This document shows, in pieces, positions 13,575 through 27,210 of a DNA stretch of 64,000 nucleotides (the first letter of the stretch is position 1; each line of letters begins with the position of its first letter). The DNA comes from Pristiophorus japonicus (taxonomy: Eukaryota), in contig NW_027250648.1 of the NCBI RefSeq assembly GCF_044704955.1, positions 3,286,001 through 3,350,000 on the forward strand, read 5' to 3'. The notes beneath the pieces are model-generated. The model was not told the origin of the DNA and did no database searches. It saw only the letters and a list, made by a program, of their open reading frames with translations. The translations under genes and the position numbers were made by a program.

Positions 13575-14515
13575 TTCTGGTGTGATATCAACAGAGACAG
13601 AGTCCAGTGTGATATCAACAGAGACAGGGCCTAGTGTAATATAAACAGAGACAGGGTCCAGTGTAATATAAACAGAGACAGGGTCCTGTGTAATATAAAC
13701 AGAGACAGGGTCCTGTGTAATATAAACAGAGACAGGGTCCTGTGTAATATAAACAGAGACAGGGCCTAGTGTAATATAAACAGAGACAGGGCCTAGTGTA
13801 ATATAAACAGAGACAGGGCCTAGTGTAATATAAACAGAGACAGGGTCCAGTGTAATATTAACAGAGACTGGGTCTGGTGTAATATAAACAGGGACAGGGT
13901 CCTGTGTAATATAAACAGAGACAGGGTCCTGTGTAATATAAACAGAGACAGGGTCCTGTGTAATATAAACAGAGACAGGGTCCTGTGTAATATAAACAGA
14001 GACAGGGTCCTGTGTAATATAAACAGAGACAGGGTCCTGTGTAATATAAACAGAGACAGGGTCCTGTGTAATATAAACAGAGACAGGGTCCTGTGTAATA
14101 TAAACAGAGACAGGGCCTAGTGTAATATAAACAGAGACAGGGTCTAGTGTAATATAAACAGAGACAGGGTTTCGTGTAACATAAAGAAAGACAGGGTCTA
14201 CTGTAATATAAACAGAGACCGGGTCTTGTGCAATATAAACAGAGAAAGGATCTTGTGTAATACAAAAAGAGACAGGGGTCTAGTGTAATACAAAAAGAGA
14301 CAGGGGTCTAGTGTAATACAAACAGAGACAGGGTCTAGAGTAATATAAACAGAGGCAGGGTCTAGTGTAATATAAACAGAGACAGGGTCGAGTGTAATAT
14401 CAACAGAGACAGGGTCGAGTGTAATATCAACAGAGACAGGGTCGAGTGTAATATCAACAGACACAAGGTCTAGTGTAATATCAACAGAGACAGGGTCTAG
14501 TGTAATATCAACAGA
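13575..14515. repeat. 27 bp minisatellite (GTGTAATATAAACAGAGACAGGGTCTA), left part
   Basis: About 35 tandem units seen directly. Confidence 0.97.
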
Positions 14516-17500
14516 AAATTAAAAAGTAGGACCTCAAAAGTAGTAATCTCGGGATTGCCACCAGTGCCACGTGATAGTCAGAGTAGGAATCGCAGGATAG
14601 CGCAGATGAATACGTGGCTTGAGCAGTGGTGCAGCAGGGAGGGATTCAAATTCCTGGGGCATTGGAACCGGTTCTGGGGGAGGTGAGACCAGTACAAACC
14701 GGACGGTCTGCACCTGGGCAGGACTGGAACCAATGTCCTAGGGGGAGTGTTTGCTAGTGCTGTTGGGGAGGATTTAAACTAATATGGCAGGGTGATGGGA
14801 ACCAATGCAGGGAGACAGAGGGAAACAAAAACGAGGCAAAAGCAAAAGACAGAAAGGAGATGAGGAAAAGTGGAGGGCAGAGAAACCCAAGGCAAAGAAC
14901 AAAAAGGGCCACTGTACAGCAAAATTCTAAAAGGACAAAGGGTGTTAAAAAAACAAGCCTGAAGGCTTTGTGTCTTAATGCAAGGAGTATCCGCAATAAG
15001 GTGGATGAATTAACTGTGCAAATAGATGTTAACAAATATGATGTGATTGGGATTACGGAGACGTGGCTCCAGGATGATCAGGGCTGGGAACTCAACATCC
15101 AGGGATATTCAACATTCAGGAAAGATAGAATAAAAGGAAAAGGAGGTGGGGTAGCATTGCTGGTTAAGGAGCAAATTAAGGCAATAGTTCGGAAGGACAT
15201 TAGCTTGGATGATGTGGAATCTATATGGGTAGAGCTGCAGAATACCAAAGGCAAAAAACGTTAGTGGGAGTTGTGTACAGACCTCCAAACAGTAGTAGTG
15301 ATGTTGGGGAGGGCATCAAACATGAAATTAGGGGTGCGTGCAATAAAGGTGCAGCAGTTATAATGGGTGACTTTAATATGCACATAGATTGGGTTAACCA
15401 AACTGGAAGCAACACGGTGGAGGAGGATTTCCTGGAGTGCATAAGGGATGGTTTTTTAGACCAATATGTCGAGGAACCAACTAGCGGGGAGGCCATCTTA
15501 GACTGGGTGTTGTGTAATGAGAGAGGATTAATTAGCAATCTCGTTGTGCGAGGCCCCTTGGGGAAGAGTGACCATAATATGGTGGAATTCTGCATTAGGA
15601 TGGAGAATGAAACAGTTAATTCAGAGACCATGGTCCAGAACTTAAAGAAGGGTAACTTTGAAGGTATGAGGCGTGAATCGGCTAGGATAGATTGGCGAAT
15701 GATACTAAAGGGATTGACTGTGGATGGGCAATGGCAGACATTTAGAGACCGCATGGATGAATTACAACAATTGTACATTCCTGTCTGGCATAAAAATAAA
15801 AAAGGGAAGGTGGCTCAACCGTGGCTATCAAGGGAAATCAGGGATAGCATTAAAGCCAAGGAAGTAGCATACAAATTGGCCAGAAATAGCAGCGAACCCG
15901 GGGACTGGGAGAAATTTAGAACTCAGCAGAGGAGGACAAAGGGTTTGATTAGGGCAGGCAAAATGGAGTACGAGAAGAAGCTTGTAGGGAACATTAAGAC
16001 ATATTGCAAAAGTTTCTATCGATATGTAAAGAGAAAAAGGTTAGTAAAGAGAAAAAGGTTAGTAAAGACAAACGTAGGTCCCCTGCAGTCAGAATCAGGG
16101 GAAGTCATAACGGGGAACAAAGAAATGGCGGACCAATTGAACAAGTACTTTGGTTCGGTATTCACTGAGGAGGACACAAACAACCTTTCGGATATAAAAG
16201 GGGTCGGAGGGTCGAGTAAGGAGGAGGAACTGAGGGAAATCCTTATTAGTCGGGAAATTGTGTTGGGGAAATTGATGGGATTGAAGGCCGATAAATCCCC
16301 AGGGCCTGATGGACTGCATCCCAGAGTACTTAAGGAGGTGGCCTTGGAAATAGTGGATGCATTGACAGTCATTTTCCAACATTCCATTGACTCTGGATCA
16401 GTTCCTATCGAGTGGAGGGTAGCCAATGTAACCCCACTTTTTAAAAAAGGAGGGAGAGAGAAAACAGGGAATTATAGACCGGTCAGCCTGACAGCGGTAG
16501 TGGGTAAAATGATGGAATCAATTATTAAGGATGTCATAGCAGTGCATTTGGAAAGTGGTAATATGATAGGTCCAAGTCAGCATGGATTTGTGAAAGGGAA
16601 ATCATGCTTGACAAATCTTCTGGAATTTTTTGAGGATGTTTCCAGTAGAGTGGACAAGGGAGAACCAGTTGATGTGGTATATTTGGACTTTCAGAAGGCT
16701 TTCGACAAGGTCCCACACAGAGATTAATGTGCAAAGTTAAAGCACATGGGATTGGAGGTAGTGTGCTGACATGGATTGAGAACTGGTTGTCAGACAGGAA
16801 GCAAAGAGTAGGAGTAAATGGGGACTTTTCAGAATGGCAGGCAGTGACTACTGGGGTACCGCAAGGTTCTGTGCTGGGGCCCCAGCTGTTTACACTGTAC
16901 ATTAATGATTTAGACGAGGGGATTAAATGTAGTATCTCCAAATTTGCAGATGACACTAAGTTGGGTGGCAGTGTGAGCTGCGAGGAGGATGCTATGAGGC
17001 TACAGAGTGACTTGGATAGGTTAGGTGAGTGGGCAAATGCATGGCAGATGAAGTATAATGTGGATAAATGTGAGGTTATCCACTTTGGTGGTAAAAACAG
17101 AGAGACAGACTATTATCTGAATGGAGACAGATTAGGAAAAGGGGAGGTGCAAAGAGATCTGGGTGTCATGGTACATCAGTCATTGAAGGTTGGCATGCAG
17201 GTACAGCAGGCGGTTAAGAAAGCAAATGGCATGTTGGCCTTCATAGCGAGGGGATTTGAGTACAGGGGCAGGAAGGTGTTGCTACAGTTGTACAGGGCCT
17301 TGGTGAGGCCACACCTGGAGTATTGTGTACAGTTTTGGTCTCCTAACCTGAGGAAGGACATTCTTGCTATTGAGGGAGTGCAGCGAAGGTTCACCAGACT
17401 GATTCCCGGGAAGGCGGGACTGACCTATCAAGAAAGACTGGAGCAACTGGGCTTGTATTCACTGGAGTTCAGAAGAATGAGAGGGGACCTCATAGAAACA

Positions 17501-17874
17501 TTTAAAATTCTGACGGGGTTAAACAGGTTAGATGCAGGAAGAATGTTCCCAATGTTGGGGAAGTCCAGAACCAGGGGACACAGTCTAAGGAGAAGGAGGA
17601 AGCCATTTAGGACCGAGATGAGGAGGAATTTCTTCACCCAGAGAGTGGTGAACCTGTGGAATTCTCTACCACAGAAAGTTGTTGAGGCCAATTCACTAAA
17701 TATATTCAAAAAGGAGTTAGATGAAGTCCTTACTACTAGGGGAATCAAGGGGTATGGTGAGAAAGCAGGAAGGGGGTACTGAAGTTGCATGTTCAGCCAT
17801 GAACTCATTGAATGGCGGTGCAGGCTAGAAGGGCCGAATGGCCTACTCCTGCACCTATTTTCTATGTTTCTATG
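14516..17874 (+). mobile_element. Young 5'-truncated CR1 LINE (end of ORF1 plus whole ORF2: APE endonuclease and RT)
   Basis: ORFs 14860-15264, 15225-16727 and 16727-17782 join through two 1 bp deletions (about 15250 and 16719); FADD RT motif; 3' tail TTTCTATG repeats; 18 bp in-frame duplication KRKRLV. Confidence 0.97.
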
Positions 17875-18977
17875 AGATAGGGTCTAGTGTAATATAAACA
17901 GGGACGGGGTCTCATGTAATATAAACAGAGACGGGGTCTCGTGTAATATAAACAGAGACGGGGTCTCGTGTAATATAAACAGAGACAGGGCCTAGTGTAA
18001 TATAAACAGGGACAGGGTCGAGTGTAATATAAACAGAGACAGGGTCGAGTGTAATATAAACAGAGACAGGGTCGAGTGCAATATAAACAGAGACAGGGTA
18101 TAGTGTAATATAAACAAAGACAGGGTCTTGTGTAATATAAACAGACACAGAGCCTAGTGTAATATAAACAGAGACAGGGCCTAGTGTAATATAAACAGGG
18201 ACAGGGTCGAGTGTAATATAAACAGAGACAGGGTCGAGTGTAATATAAACAGAGACAGTCGAGTGCAATATAAACAGAGACAGGGTATAGTGTAATATAA
18301 ACAAAGACAGGGTCTTGTGTAATATAAACAGACACAGAGCCTAGTGTAATATAAACAGAGACAGGGTCTCGTGTAATATAAACAGGGACAGGGTCTAGTG
18401 TAATATAAACAGGGACAGGGTCTAGTGTAATATAAACAGAGACAGGGTCTTGTGTAATATAAACAGACACAGAGCCTAGTGTAATATAAACAGACACAGA
18501 GCCTAGTGTAATATAAACAGAGACAGGGTCTCGTGTAATATAAACAGGGACAGGGTCTAGTGTAATATAAACAGAGACAGGGTCGAGTGCAATATAAACA
18601 GAGACAGGGTCGAGTGCAATATAAACAGAGACAGGGTCTAGTGTAATATAAACAGAGACAGGGTCGAGTATAATATAAACAAAGACAGGGTCTAGTGTCA
18701 TATAAACAGAGACAGGGTCTTGTGTAATATAAACAGACACAGAGCCTAGTGTAATATAAACAGAGACAGGGTCTCGTGTAATATAAACAGGGACAGGGTC
18801 TAGTGTAATATAAACAGGGACAGGGTCTAGTGTAATATAAACAGGGACAGGGTCTCGTGTAATATAAACAGGGACAGGGTCTAGTGTAATATAAACAGAG
18901 ACAGGGTCTCATGTAATATCAACAGACACAGGGCCTAGTGTAATATAAACAGAGACAGGGTCTCGTGTAATATAAAC
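17875..18977. repeat. 27 bp minisatellite, right part
   Basis: About 40 units of the same motif as 13575-14515. Confidence 0.97.
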
Positions 18978-21012
18978 CTCTAGGATTCTATAACATCTTT
19001 TCATCATTTTAATCACCTCTATTAAATCATCCTTTAACCTTCTCTGCTCAATCCCAGTTTCTCCCGTCTCTGTGTAACTGAAATACCTCATTCCTAGTAG
19101 AATTCTAGTAAATCTCTTCTGCACCATTTTCAAGGCCTTGACATTCTTCCCAAAGTCTGAATTGAAATTCATTCAATCTCTATTGTTCTGTCAGATTAAT
19201 TCTAAGGACGAATGCTCTCTTAAAATTGGACTGAGCAGTAATCTGAGTATCTGTAATTATTGATTGATAACGATGATATAACTTGTTCTAACAATGCAGA
19301 CGGTGACTGATCTGCTCAGCAACAGCAGCCTCTGCATGGTTCCTGTTTCAATACGGTCACTGTCGCCACCTGCTGATGATAAACATCTACTGCAGGCGCC
19401 AGAGTTTTTAAACATGATTATTTAATTCCAGACAACAACTTGCATTTTACCAGCGACATTCACCCAGAGGAGTTTCTCAGAGCCAACCACAAGAGGGCCA
19501 CGAGATCAGGAAGGGTTAATGGAGAAAGGAAACAATTAGTGTTATCAATTCTGAGGAGGTTTTCATGGGAAGAAAACATAGAAACATCGAAAATAGGTGC
19601 AGGAGTAGGCCATTCGGCCCTTCGAGCCTGCACCGCCATTCAATGAGTTCATGGCTGAACATGCGGATGAAATGGTAAAGGGTAGGGATTTAGTGAGCTG
19701 CTTCTGGTGGGATTTCAGTGACAATTTGTCCTGCAAGAAGATAGTTAATGATGAGAAGATTAGCAGTTGATTGAGTGCCAGTGTCATGGAAAAGCAGAAG
19801 TAGGCAATTTGGAGACTATCAGTCTGTTAAAGTGGAAGAAGGGGTTTTAGGGTTATATATTTAATTCGTTGCTATTAGGAGAACTGGGTAGCCATAGTGC
19901 AGGATGCTGAGTTAGAGCCTCCTCCCCCTCCCCATTCATCAGAGTGTATTGCGAAGGGTTACGCGTGCAAGTGTTGCTTTAGGAGGATGAAGAGTATGCT
20001 GGTGCTCAGGGTGGGTGAAGAAAAGGGTGAGTGCCTAGTGTGTTACTTTGCTTACTCTGGTTGTTGATCTTGTTTCCAGCACTGGTCTGCAGATTTGGGG
20101 ATGTGAGGTAGTTAGCTCTCAATGCCACTGCCATTTTCTTCCAGTGATATTTCTGGGTGGTTTGTTGGCACCCCACCCCACCAGTCTGTTCCTCTTGCTT
20201 TCAGTCTCCTCCAGGAAGACTTGGAGATCTGAATCAATGAAGTTCTGCATTTTTCTTCTGTGGATCAGTGCCTTCTATATGCTGATGTCATAATTCTTCA
20301 AAAGTATAAGAGGTTTGATGAGACATGTGAAATGAGAGAGCCAAGCACTGTTCCTTTTCAATTAAAAACATAAAATGCTGGAAATACTCAGTCAGGTAGC
20401 ATGTGGTTGTCCCCCAGTTGCTATCGGAAGTGCGCAGGCTCAACTGTCTCTTGAAAAGGCTGCAGCGCGGTTTCCGTATGCTTTGCGCCGGATTTACACC
20501 AGTGGCACTCTCAAATGTCAACACCTCAGCAGGCCACCGGCGGGCGCAGTGGCAGCGTGGAGATTGCCCCCCCCCCCCCCCCCGAGCAGTCGCAGACCCC
20601 GCCTCCCCGGCACGTGGAGCCGGCGATTGCTGCTGCCGCCGATGGTGTGAAGTTATATAAGAACATAAGAATTAGGAGCAGGAGTAGGCCATACAGCCCC
20701 TTGAGCCTGCTCAGCCATTCAATAAGATCATGGCTGATCATCGACCTCAACTCCACTTTCCTGCATTTTCCCCATATCCCTCGATTCTCCTACAGTCCAA
20801 AAATCTATCTATCCCAGCCTTGAATATATTCAATGACTCAGCATCCACCGTCCTTTGCATTGAGAATTTCAAAGACTCACAACGCTCTGAGTGATGAAAT
20901 TCATCCACTTCTCTGTCTTAAATGGCCGACCCCTTATCCTGAAACTGTGCCCTCTAGTTCTAGACTCTCCAGCCAGGGGTAACAACCTCTCAGCATCTAC
21001 CCTGTCAATCCC
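18973..21012. repeat. Local segmental duplication copy 1 (partner 23673-24603), carrying a 1.07 kb insertion
   Basis: Colinear high identity of 18973-19572 plus 20644-21012 with 23673-24603. Confidence 0.92.
19573..20643 (-). mobile_element. Chimeric insertion: non-CR1 sequence (GC-rich 5' end, decayed Myb/SANT exon and intron) fused to a 92 bp CR1 3' tail
   Basis: Absent at the matching site of the duplicate (24234/24235); CR1 tail 19573-19664. Confidence 0.75.
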
Positions 21013-23670
21013 CTTCAGAATCTTGTATCTTTCAATGAGAGCATCTCTCGTTCTTCTTCTAAATTGCAGAGTATAGGCCCATTCGACACAATCTCTCACC
21101 ATAAGTCAGTTCTCTCATCCCAGGAATCAATCTAGTGAAGCTCGGTTACACCACCACCAAGGTAAGTATATCCCCCCTTAGATAAGGAGACCCAAACTGT
21201 CCCAGTACTCCAGGACCTTGGGAGTGCAGGTCCACAGATCCCTGAAGGTAGCAGGACAGGTAGATAAGGTGGTTCAAAAGGATTTTGTTAGTCGCTTGCT
21301 TTTATTAGTCGTGACATAGAATATAGGAGCAGCGAGGTTATGCATTAACTCTATAAAACACTAGTTAGGCCACAGCGAGAGTACTGCGTTCAGTTCTGGT
21401 CACCACATTACAGGAAAGATGTGATTGCACTAGAGAGGGTACAGAGGAGATAGACGAGGATGTTGCCAGGACTTCAGAACTTTAGCTATGAGAAAAAATT
21501 GGATAGGCTCGGGTTGTTTTGTTTGGAACAGAGGAGGCTGAGGGGAGATTTTATTGACGTGTACAAAATTATAAGGGGTCTCGATAGAGTCGATAAGAAC
21601 AGAAGAACATAAGAAATAGGAACAGGAGTAGGCCATACGGCCCCTCGAGCCTGCTCCACCATTTAATAAGATCATGGTTGATCCGATCATGGACTCAGCT
21701 CCACCTCCCCGCCCGCTCCCCATAACCCCTTATTGTTTAAGAAACTGTCTATTTCCTTCTTAAATTTATTCAATGTCCCAGTTTCCACAGCTCTCTGAGG
21801 CAGCGAATTCCAAAGATTTACAAACTTCTGAGAGAAGAAATTTCTCCTCATCTCTGTTTTATTCTAAGATCATGCCCTCTAATTCTAATCTCCCCCACCA
21901 GTGGAAACATCCTCTCTGCATCACCTTGTCAAGCCCCCTCATAATCTTATACGTTTCGATAAATCACCTCTCATTCTTCTGAATTCCAATGAGTAGAGGC
22001 GCAACCTACTTAACCTTTCCTCATGTGAACCCACTCATCCCTGGAATCAACCGAGTGAACCTTCTCTGAACTGCCTATAAAGCAAGTATATCCTTTTGTA
22101 AATATGGAAACCAAAACTGCACGCAGTATTCCAGGTGTGATGTCACCAAAACCTTGTATAGCTGTAGCAAGATTTCCCTGCTTTTATACTCCATCCCCTT
22201 TGCAATAAAGGCCAACATACCATTGGCCTTCCTGATCACTTGCTGTACCGGCATACTATGCAGGTTCTGTTTCATTCACAAGTATCCCCAGGTCCCGCTG
22301 TACTGCGGCACTTTGCAATCTTTCTCCATTTAAATAATAATTTGCTCTTTGATTTTTTCTGCCTCACACTTTCCAACATTATACTCCATCTGCCAAATTT
22401 TTGCCGACTTGCTTAGCTTGTCTATGTCCTTTTGCAGATTTTTTGTATCCTCCTCACACATTGCTTTTCCTCCCATCTTGTATTGTCAGCAAACTTGGCT
22501 ACGTTACACTCGGTCCCTTCCTCCAAGTCGTTAATATAGATTGTAAATAGTTGGGGGCCCAGCACTGATCCATGCGGCACCCCACTAGTTACTAGTTGCC
22601 AATCAGAGAATGAAGCATTTTTCCTGACTCTCTGTTCTCTGTTAGTTAGCCAATCCTTTATCCATGCTAATATATTACCCGCAACCCTGTGAACTTTTAT
22701 CTTGTGCAGTAACCTTTTATGTGGCACTTTGTCAAATGCCTTCTGGAAGTCCAAATACACCACATCCACTGGTTCCCCTTTATCCACCCTCTTCGATAGG
22801 AATGAACTATTTCCTGAGCAGAGTGGTCAATAACCAGGGAGAATAGATGTAAAGTAATTGGTAGAAGGATTAGAGAGGATCGAGGAGAAATCCTTTTCAT
22901 CCAGAGGGTGGTGGGGGTCTGGAACTCACTGCCTGAAAGGGAGGTACAGACAGAAACCCTCATCTCATTGAAAAAGTACCTGGATATACACTGTTAATAC
23001 GGATTCTTTTTCCCTCAATCTGTTTCAGCGAATACACTGACGCGAACACCTTCTTGCCTTTTCTGTAAAAGACCTTTATTGAAGATTCTCCGGCCGGGAC
23101 TTGTCAAGACAAAGGAACACTCTCTGTCAGAGCCTGTTTACCTTCCTCTGGACAAGCCCCTTTACAGCGCGAAAAGCACAGTAGTAATACATTGTCAAAA
23201 CATAACACATTTGATTAGCACTTGGTCTATCCACTCCCTTTCTTCCTCCCCCCCGAGTATGTCCTAATTAGAGCTGGCCCCGAGGTCAGCTTGTTTATAG
23301 CCTCATTAAATTCTTCTTCCTTATCAGTAAAACCTATTTCCCTCTTATCAGTAAAAAGCATTACGTTACCCTCTCCTATCCGTGATTGCCTTTTCTTTCC
23401 CGTGACCCGTGTTTAACCTCAACTCTCAGTAACCCCTTTTTTTTCTGTTGATTCTGCAATTGTCAGTATCTTGACACTTCTTTAGCTATTTTCCCATGAT
23501 TCCCTATCTCCATCCCTCTGCCACATTCATAATCCTTCTGCACACATTCTCAACACTTGAGGTGCCGTAACCTACAGGGCTATGGACCAAGAGCTGGAAA
23601 GTGCGATTAGGCTCGATGGCTGCTTTTCAGCCAGCACAGACACAATGGGCATAATGGCCTCCCTCTGTGT
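20655..23670. mobile_element. Nested CR1 fragments: minus 20655-21212; plus about 21215-21595/22795-22991/23553-23670; minus about 21596-22794
   Basis: CR1 RT motifs (YLDFQKAFDKVPH, LEYCVQFW) and CR1 3' UTRs on both strands. Confidence 0.85.
22992..23552 (-). mobile_element. Solo LTR, about 560 bp
   Basis: TG...CA ends; 4 bp TSD ACAC (22988-22991, 23553-23556) interrupting a CR1 3' region; minus-strand TATAAA about 23299 then AATAAA about 23080. Confidence 0.75.
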
Positions 23671-23672
23671 CG

Positions 23673-24603
23673 TAAACCTCTAGGATTCTATCACAACATT
23701 TCATCATTTTAATCACCTCTATTAAATCATCCTTTAACCTTCTCTGCTCAATCCCAGTTTCTCTCGTCTCTGTATAACTGAAATACCTTATTCCTGATAA
23801 AATTCTAGTAAATCTCTTCTGCACCATCTTCAAGGCCTTGACATACTTCCCAAAGTCTGGATTGGAATTAATTCAATCTCTATTGTTCCGTCAAATTAAT
23901 TCTAAGGATGCATGCTCTCTTAGAATTGGACTGAGCAGTAATCTGAGTATCAGTAATTATTGATTGATAACGACGATATAACTGATCTGCTCAGCAACAG
24001 CAGCCTCTGCATGGTTCCTGTTTCAATACGGTCACTGCCGCCACCTGCTGATGATAAACATCTACTGCAGGCGCCAGAGTTTTTTAAACATGATTATTTA
24101 ATTCCACACACAACTTGCATTTTCCCCAGTGACGTTCACCCAGAGGAGTTTCTCAGAGCCAACGAGATCAGGAGGGGTTAATGGAGAAAGGAAACAATTA
24201 GTGTTATCAATTCTGAGGAGGTTTTCATGGGAAGGTGTGAAGTTATATAAGAACATAAGAATTAGGAGCAGGAGTAGGCCATACGGCCCCTCGAGCCTGC
24301 TCCGCCATTCAATAAGATCATGGCTGGTCATCGACCTCAACTCCACTTTCCTGCATTATCCCCATATCCCTCGATTCTCCAACAGTCCAAAAATCTATCT
24401 ATCCCAGCCTTGAATATATTCAACGACTCAGCATCCACCGTCCTTTGGATTGAGAATTTCAAAGACTCACAACGCTCTCGGCGATGAAATTCATCCATTT
24501 CTCTGTCTTAAATGACCGACCCCTTATCCTGAAACTATGCCCTCTACTTCTAGACTCTCAAGCCAGTGGAAACAACCTCTCAGCATCTGCCCTGGCAATC
24601 CCC
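23673..24603. repeat. Local segmental duplication copy 2
   Basis: Matches 18973-21012 without the insertion. Confidence 0.92.
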
Positions 24604-24819
24604 CTCATAATCAATTATATTTCGGTGAGATCACCTCTCAATTGCTTACTCTGTGTTTCCAGATTTGGGTTTTGAGCAACGCGGGCAATAAAACACACGC
24701 AAAATAGTGCCGGTGACTGGGAGCGGGAGATTAATAAACTTTGGGTAGGCTGCGCTGCAAGGTTAATAAAGTTGGAGAATACCCTCAGGGCCCGAAAGTG
24801 ATCCAGCAGCCCACTCTAT

Positions 24820-24965
24820 GTTTCATCGAACGGCGCCTGTGAGGCTTTTTATCAGTGACAGGCTCGGGTTACGGGCTGCCATCTTGGTCGAGGAAAGAGT
24901 GAATGGTTCCACGTGCAGCGCAGCCATCTTGGTTCTGGAACACATAGTGGGCGGGGCTTCAGGGT
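24820..24965. promoter_or_regulatory. Candidate promoter of ZNF cassette A
   Basis: CpG-enriched; two YY1-type GCCATCTTG (24878, 24923); GC box GGGCGGGG 24949; lies just upstream of the ZNF intron and acceptor. Confidence 0.4.
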
Positions 24966-25266
24966 CACAATGGTCAGGAGAGAAAATCATTGCCTCATTG
25001 ATTTTATTCTCACTCTGCACACAGTGGGTGAAGAACTGAACCCAACCAGAGCAGAGGGAGGGAGGGAGCAAACTGGGAGTGCATGAAAGAAATGTTGGAG
25101 ATGGTGCGTGGGTTTAGATTTCAGCTCAGGGAGGGAGAGTGTGTGGGACAGGCATTTACAGCTTTGGGGAAACGAGAGGAAAGAACGTTTCATAGAAACT
25201 AGATTTGTCTGTTCTGAATTTCTATCCTGTACTTACAGTGATGTCTTTTGTAAACTCCTTTTACAG

Positions 25267-25410
25267 GGTATTAGAAGGGGAGGATTTGCAGACGGGAAAC
25301 TCAAACCAAACATCATGTCAAGATCTGACAGAGTCACTCGATTAATCAGGACCTGAATATCATCGGCCTTTGAATGTGGAAGGAGAAATATTTGTCTGTT
25401 CTGTCTGTGA
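25267..25410 (+). pseudogene. C2H2 ZNF cassette A: truncated start of the terminal exon
   Basis: Acceptor TTTTACAG|; VLEGEDLQTGNSNQTSCQDLTESLD*SGPEYHRPLNVEGEIFVCSVC; the preceding intron (about 25040-25266) is homologous to about 33835-34053. Confidence 0.8.
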
Positions 25411-25858
25411 GAATCCTGGAATGTCAGATCCTGAACTGTTCTGTCCTCGAATCTGAAATAAAAACAGAAAATGCTGGAAATCTCAGCGGGTCAGGCAGCA
25501 TCTGTGGAGAGAAACAGAGTTAACGTTTCGGGTCGATGACCTTTCATCAGAACTCTCTTCAGAATTTTGTTTGCAATAAAATTCTGAAATTTTACTTCAA
25601 TCCTAAATCGATCTTTGATACAAAATCTACAATTCAGTGTCTGAAAGGTTTCACTGATGCACATCTCCAATTAGAATTCTTACTGACTTGCACATTACAC
25701 ACAGTGACCCCTCCATTATCCACCAGAAAGGGGAATGGGAATTGGTGGGGAATCAGAGTCCCCAAATGTTGCCCCTCCGTCTGGTACAGCAATCCCCTCA
25801 GCACGGGAATGGAGACAAGTTCAATCCAAGTAACGGGCTCAGTTTAATCTTTCTGGGC

Positions 25859-26369
25859 CTGTAGGGTTGGTTTATATCAGACAGGAGGGGATTGGTGTCA
25901 GTGACTGTGATTGGTTTATAACAGACAGGAGGAGATTGGTGTCAGTGACTGTGGGGTTGGTTTATATCAGACAGGAGGGGATTGGTGTCAGTAACTGTGG
26001 GGTTGGTTTATATCAGACAGGAAGGGATTGGTGTCAGTGACTGGGTGGTGGGTTTATATCAGACAGGAGGGGATTGGTGTCAGTGACTGTGGGGTGGGTT
26101 TATATCAGACAGGAGGGGATTGGTGTCAGTGACTGTGGGGTGGGTTTATATCAGACAGGAGGGAATTGGTGTCAGTGACTGTGGGGTGGGTTTATAGCAG
26201 ACAGGAGGGGATTGGTGTCACTGACTGTGGGGTGGGTTTATATCAGACAGGAGGGGATTGGTGTCAGTGACTGTGGGGTGGGTTTATATCAGACAGGAGG
26301 AGATTGGTGTCACTGACTGTGGGGTTGGTTTATATCAGACAGGAGGGGATTGGTATCAGTGACTGTGGG
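25859..26369. repeat. 45-46 bp minisatellite (GTCAGTGACTGTGGGGTTGGTTTATATCAGACAGGAGGGGATTGGT)
   Basis: About 11 tandem copies. Confidence 0.95.
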
Positions 26370-27210
26370 TATTGTGAGGAGGACATAAGAAATCTGCAAA
26401 GGGATATAGACAGGCTAACTGAGTGGGCAAAAATTTGACAGATGGAGTATAATGTGGGAAAATGTGAGGTTATCCACTTGGCCGAAAAAATAGAAAAATA
26501 GAAAAGCTGCAGTAGAGAGAGACCTGGGGGTACCTGTGCATGAAACACTAAAAGTTAGCATGCAGGTACAGCAAGTGATCAGGAAGGCAAATGGAATGCT
26601 GGCCTTTATTGCAAGGGGGATGGAGTATAAAAGTAGGGAAGTCCTGCTACCACTGTACAGGTATTGGTGAGGCCACACTTGGAGTACTGCGTGCAGTTTT
26701 GGTCTCTGTATTTGAGGAAGGATATACTTGCATTGGAGGCTGTTCAGAGAAGGTTCACGAGGTTGATTCCGGAAATAACGGGTTTGATGTATGAGGATAG
26801 GCTCAGTAGCTTGGGCCTCTACACATTGGAGTTCAGAAGAATGAGAGGTGATCTTATCGAAATATATGATAATGATGAGGATCGACAAGATGGATGCAGA
26901 GAGGATATTTCCACTCATAGGGGAAATTAAAATTAAGGGACATAGTCTCAGAATAAGCGGAAGCCCATTTAAAACTGAGATGAGGAGGAATTTCTTCTCT
27001 CTGAGGGTTGTAAATCTGTGGAATTCCCTGCCCCAGAGAGCAGTGGAGGCTGGGACATTGAATATGTTTAAGGTGGAGATAGACGGATTTTTGAGCGATA
27101 AAGGGTGATGGGAAGCCGGGGGGAAGTGGAGCTGAGGCCATGATCAGACAAGCCATGATCTTATTGAATGGTGGCCGACTCCGGCTCCTATTTTTGATGT
27201 TATGTTCTTT
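26370..27210 (+). mobile_element. 5'-truncated CR1 LINE
   Basis: [13 protein letters not shown] and MRRNFFSLRVVNLWNSLP motifs plus 3' UTR. Confidence 0.9.

Noticed and set aside
13858-18912. Cys/Tyr-rich ORFs (PCLCLYYTR)n and (DPVSVYITL)n
   Set aside because: Translations of a 27 bp minisatellite, open in several frames; no gene structure
25020-25047. CACAGTG with a possible 12 bp-spaced nonamer
   Set aside because: Nonamer match is only about 5/9 and there is no V or D segment
13575-26369. Tandem arrays as CRISPR-like arrays
   Set aside because: No unique spacers, no cas genes, eukaryotic context
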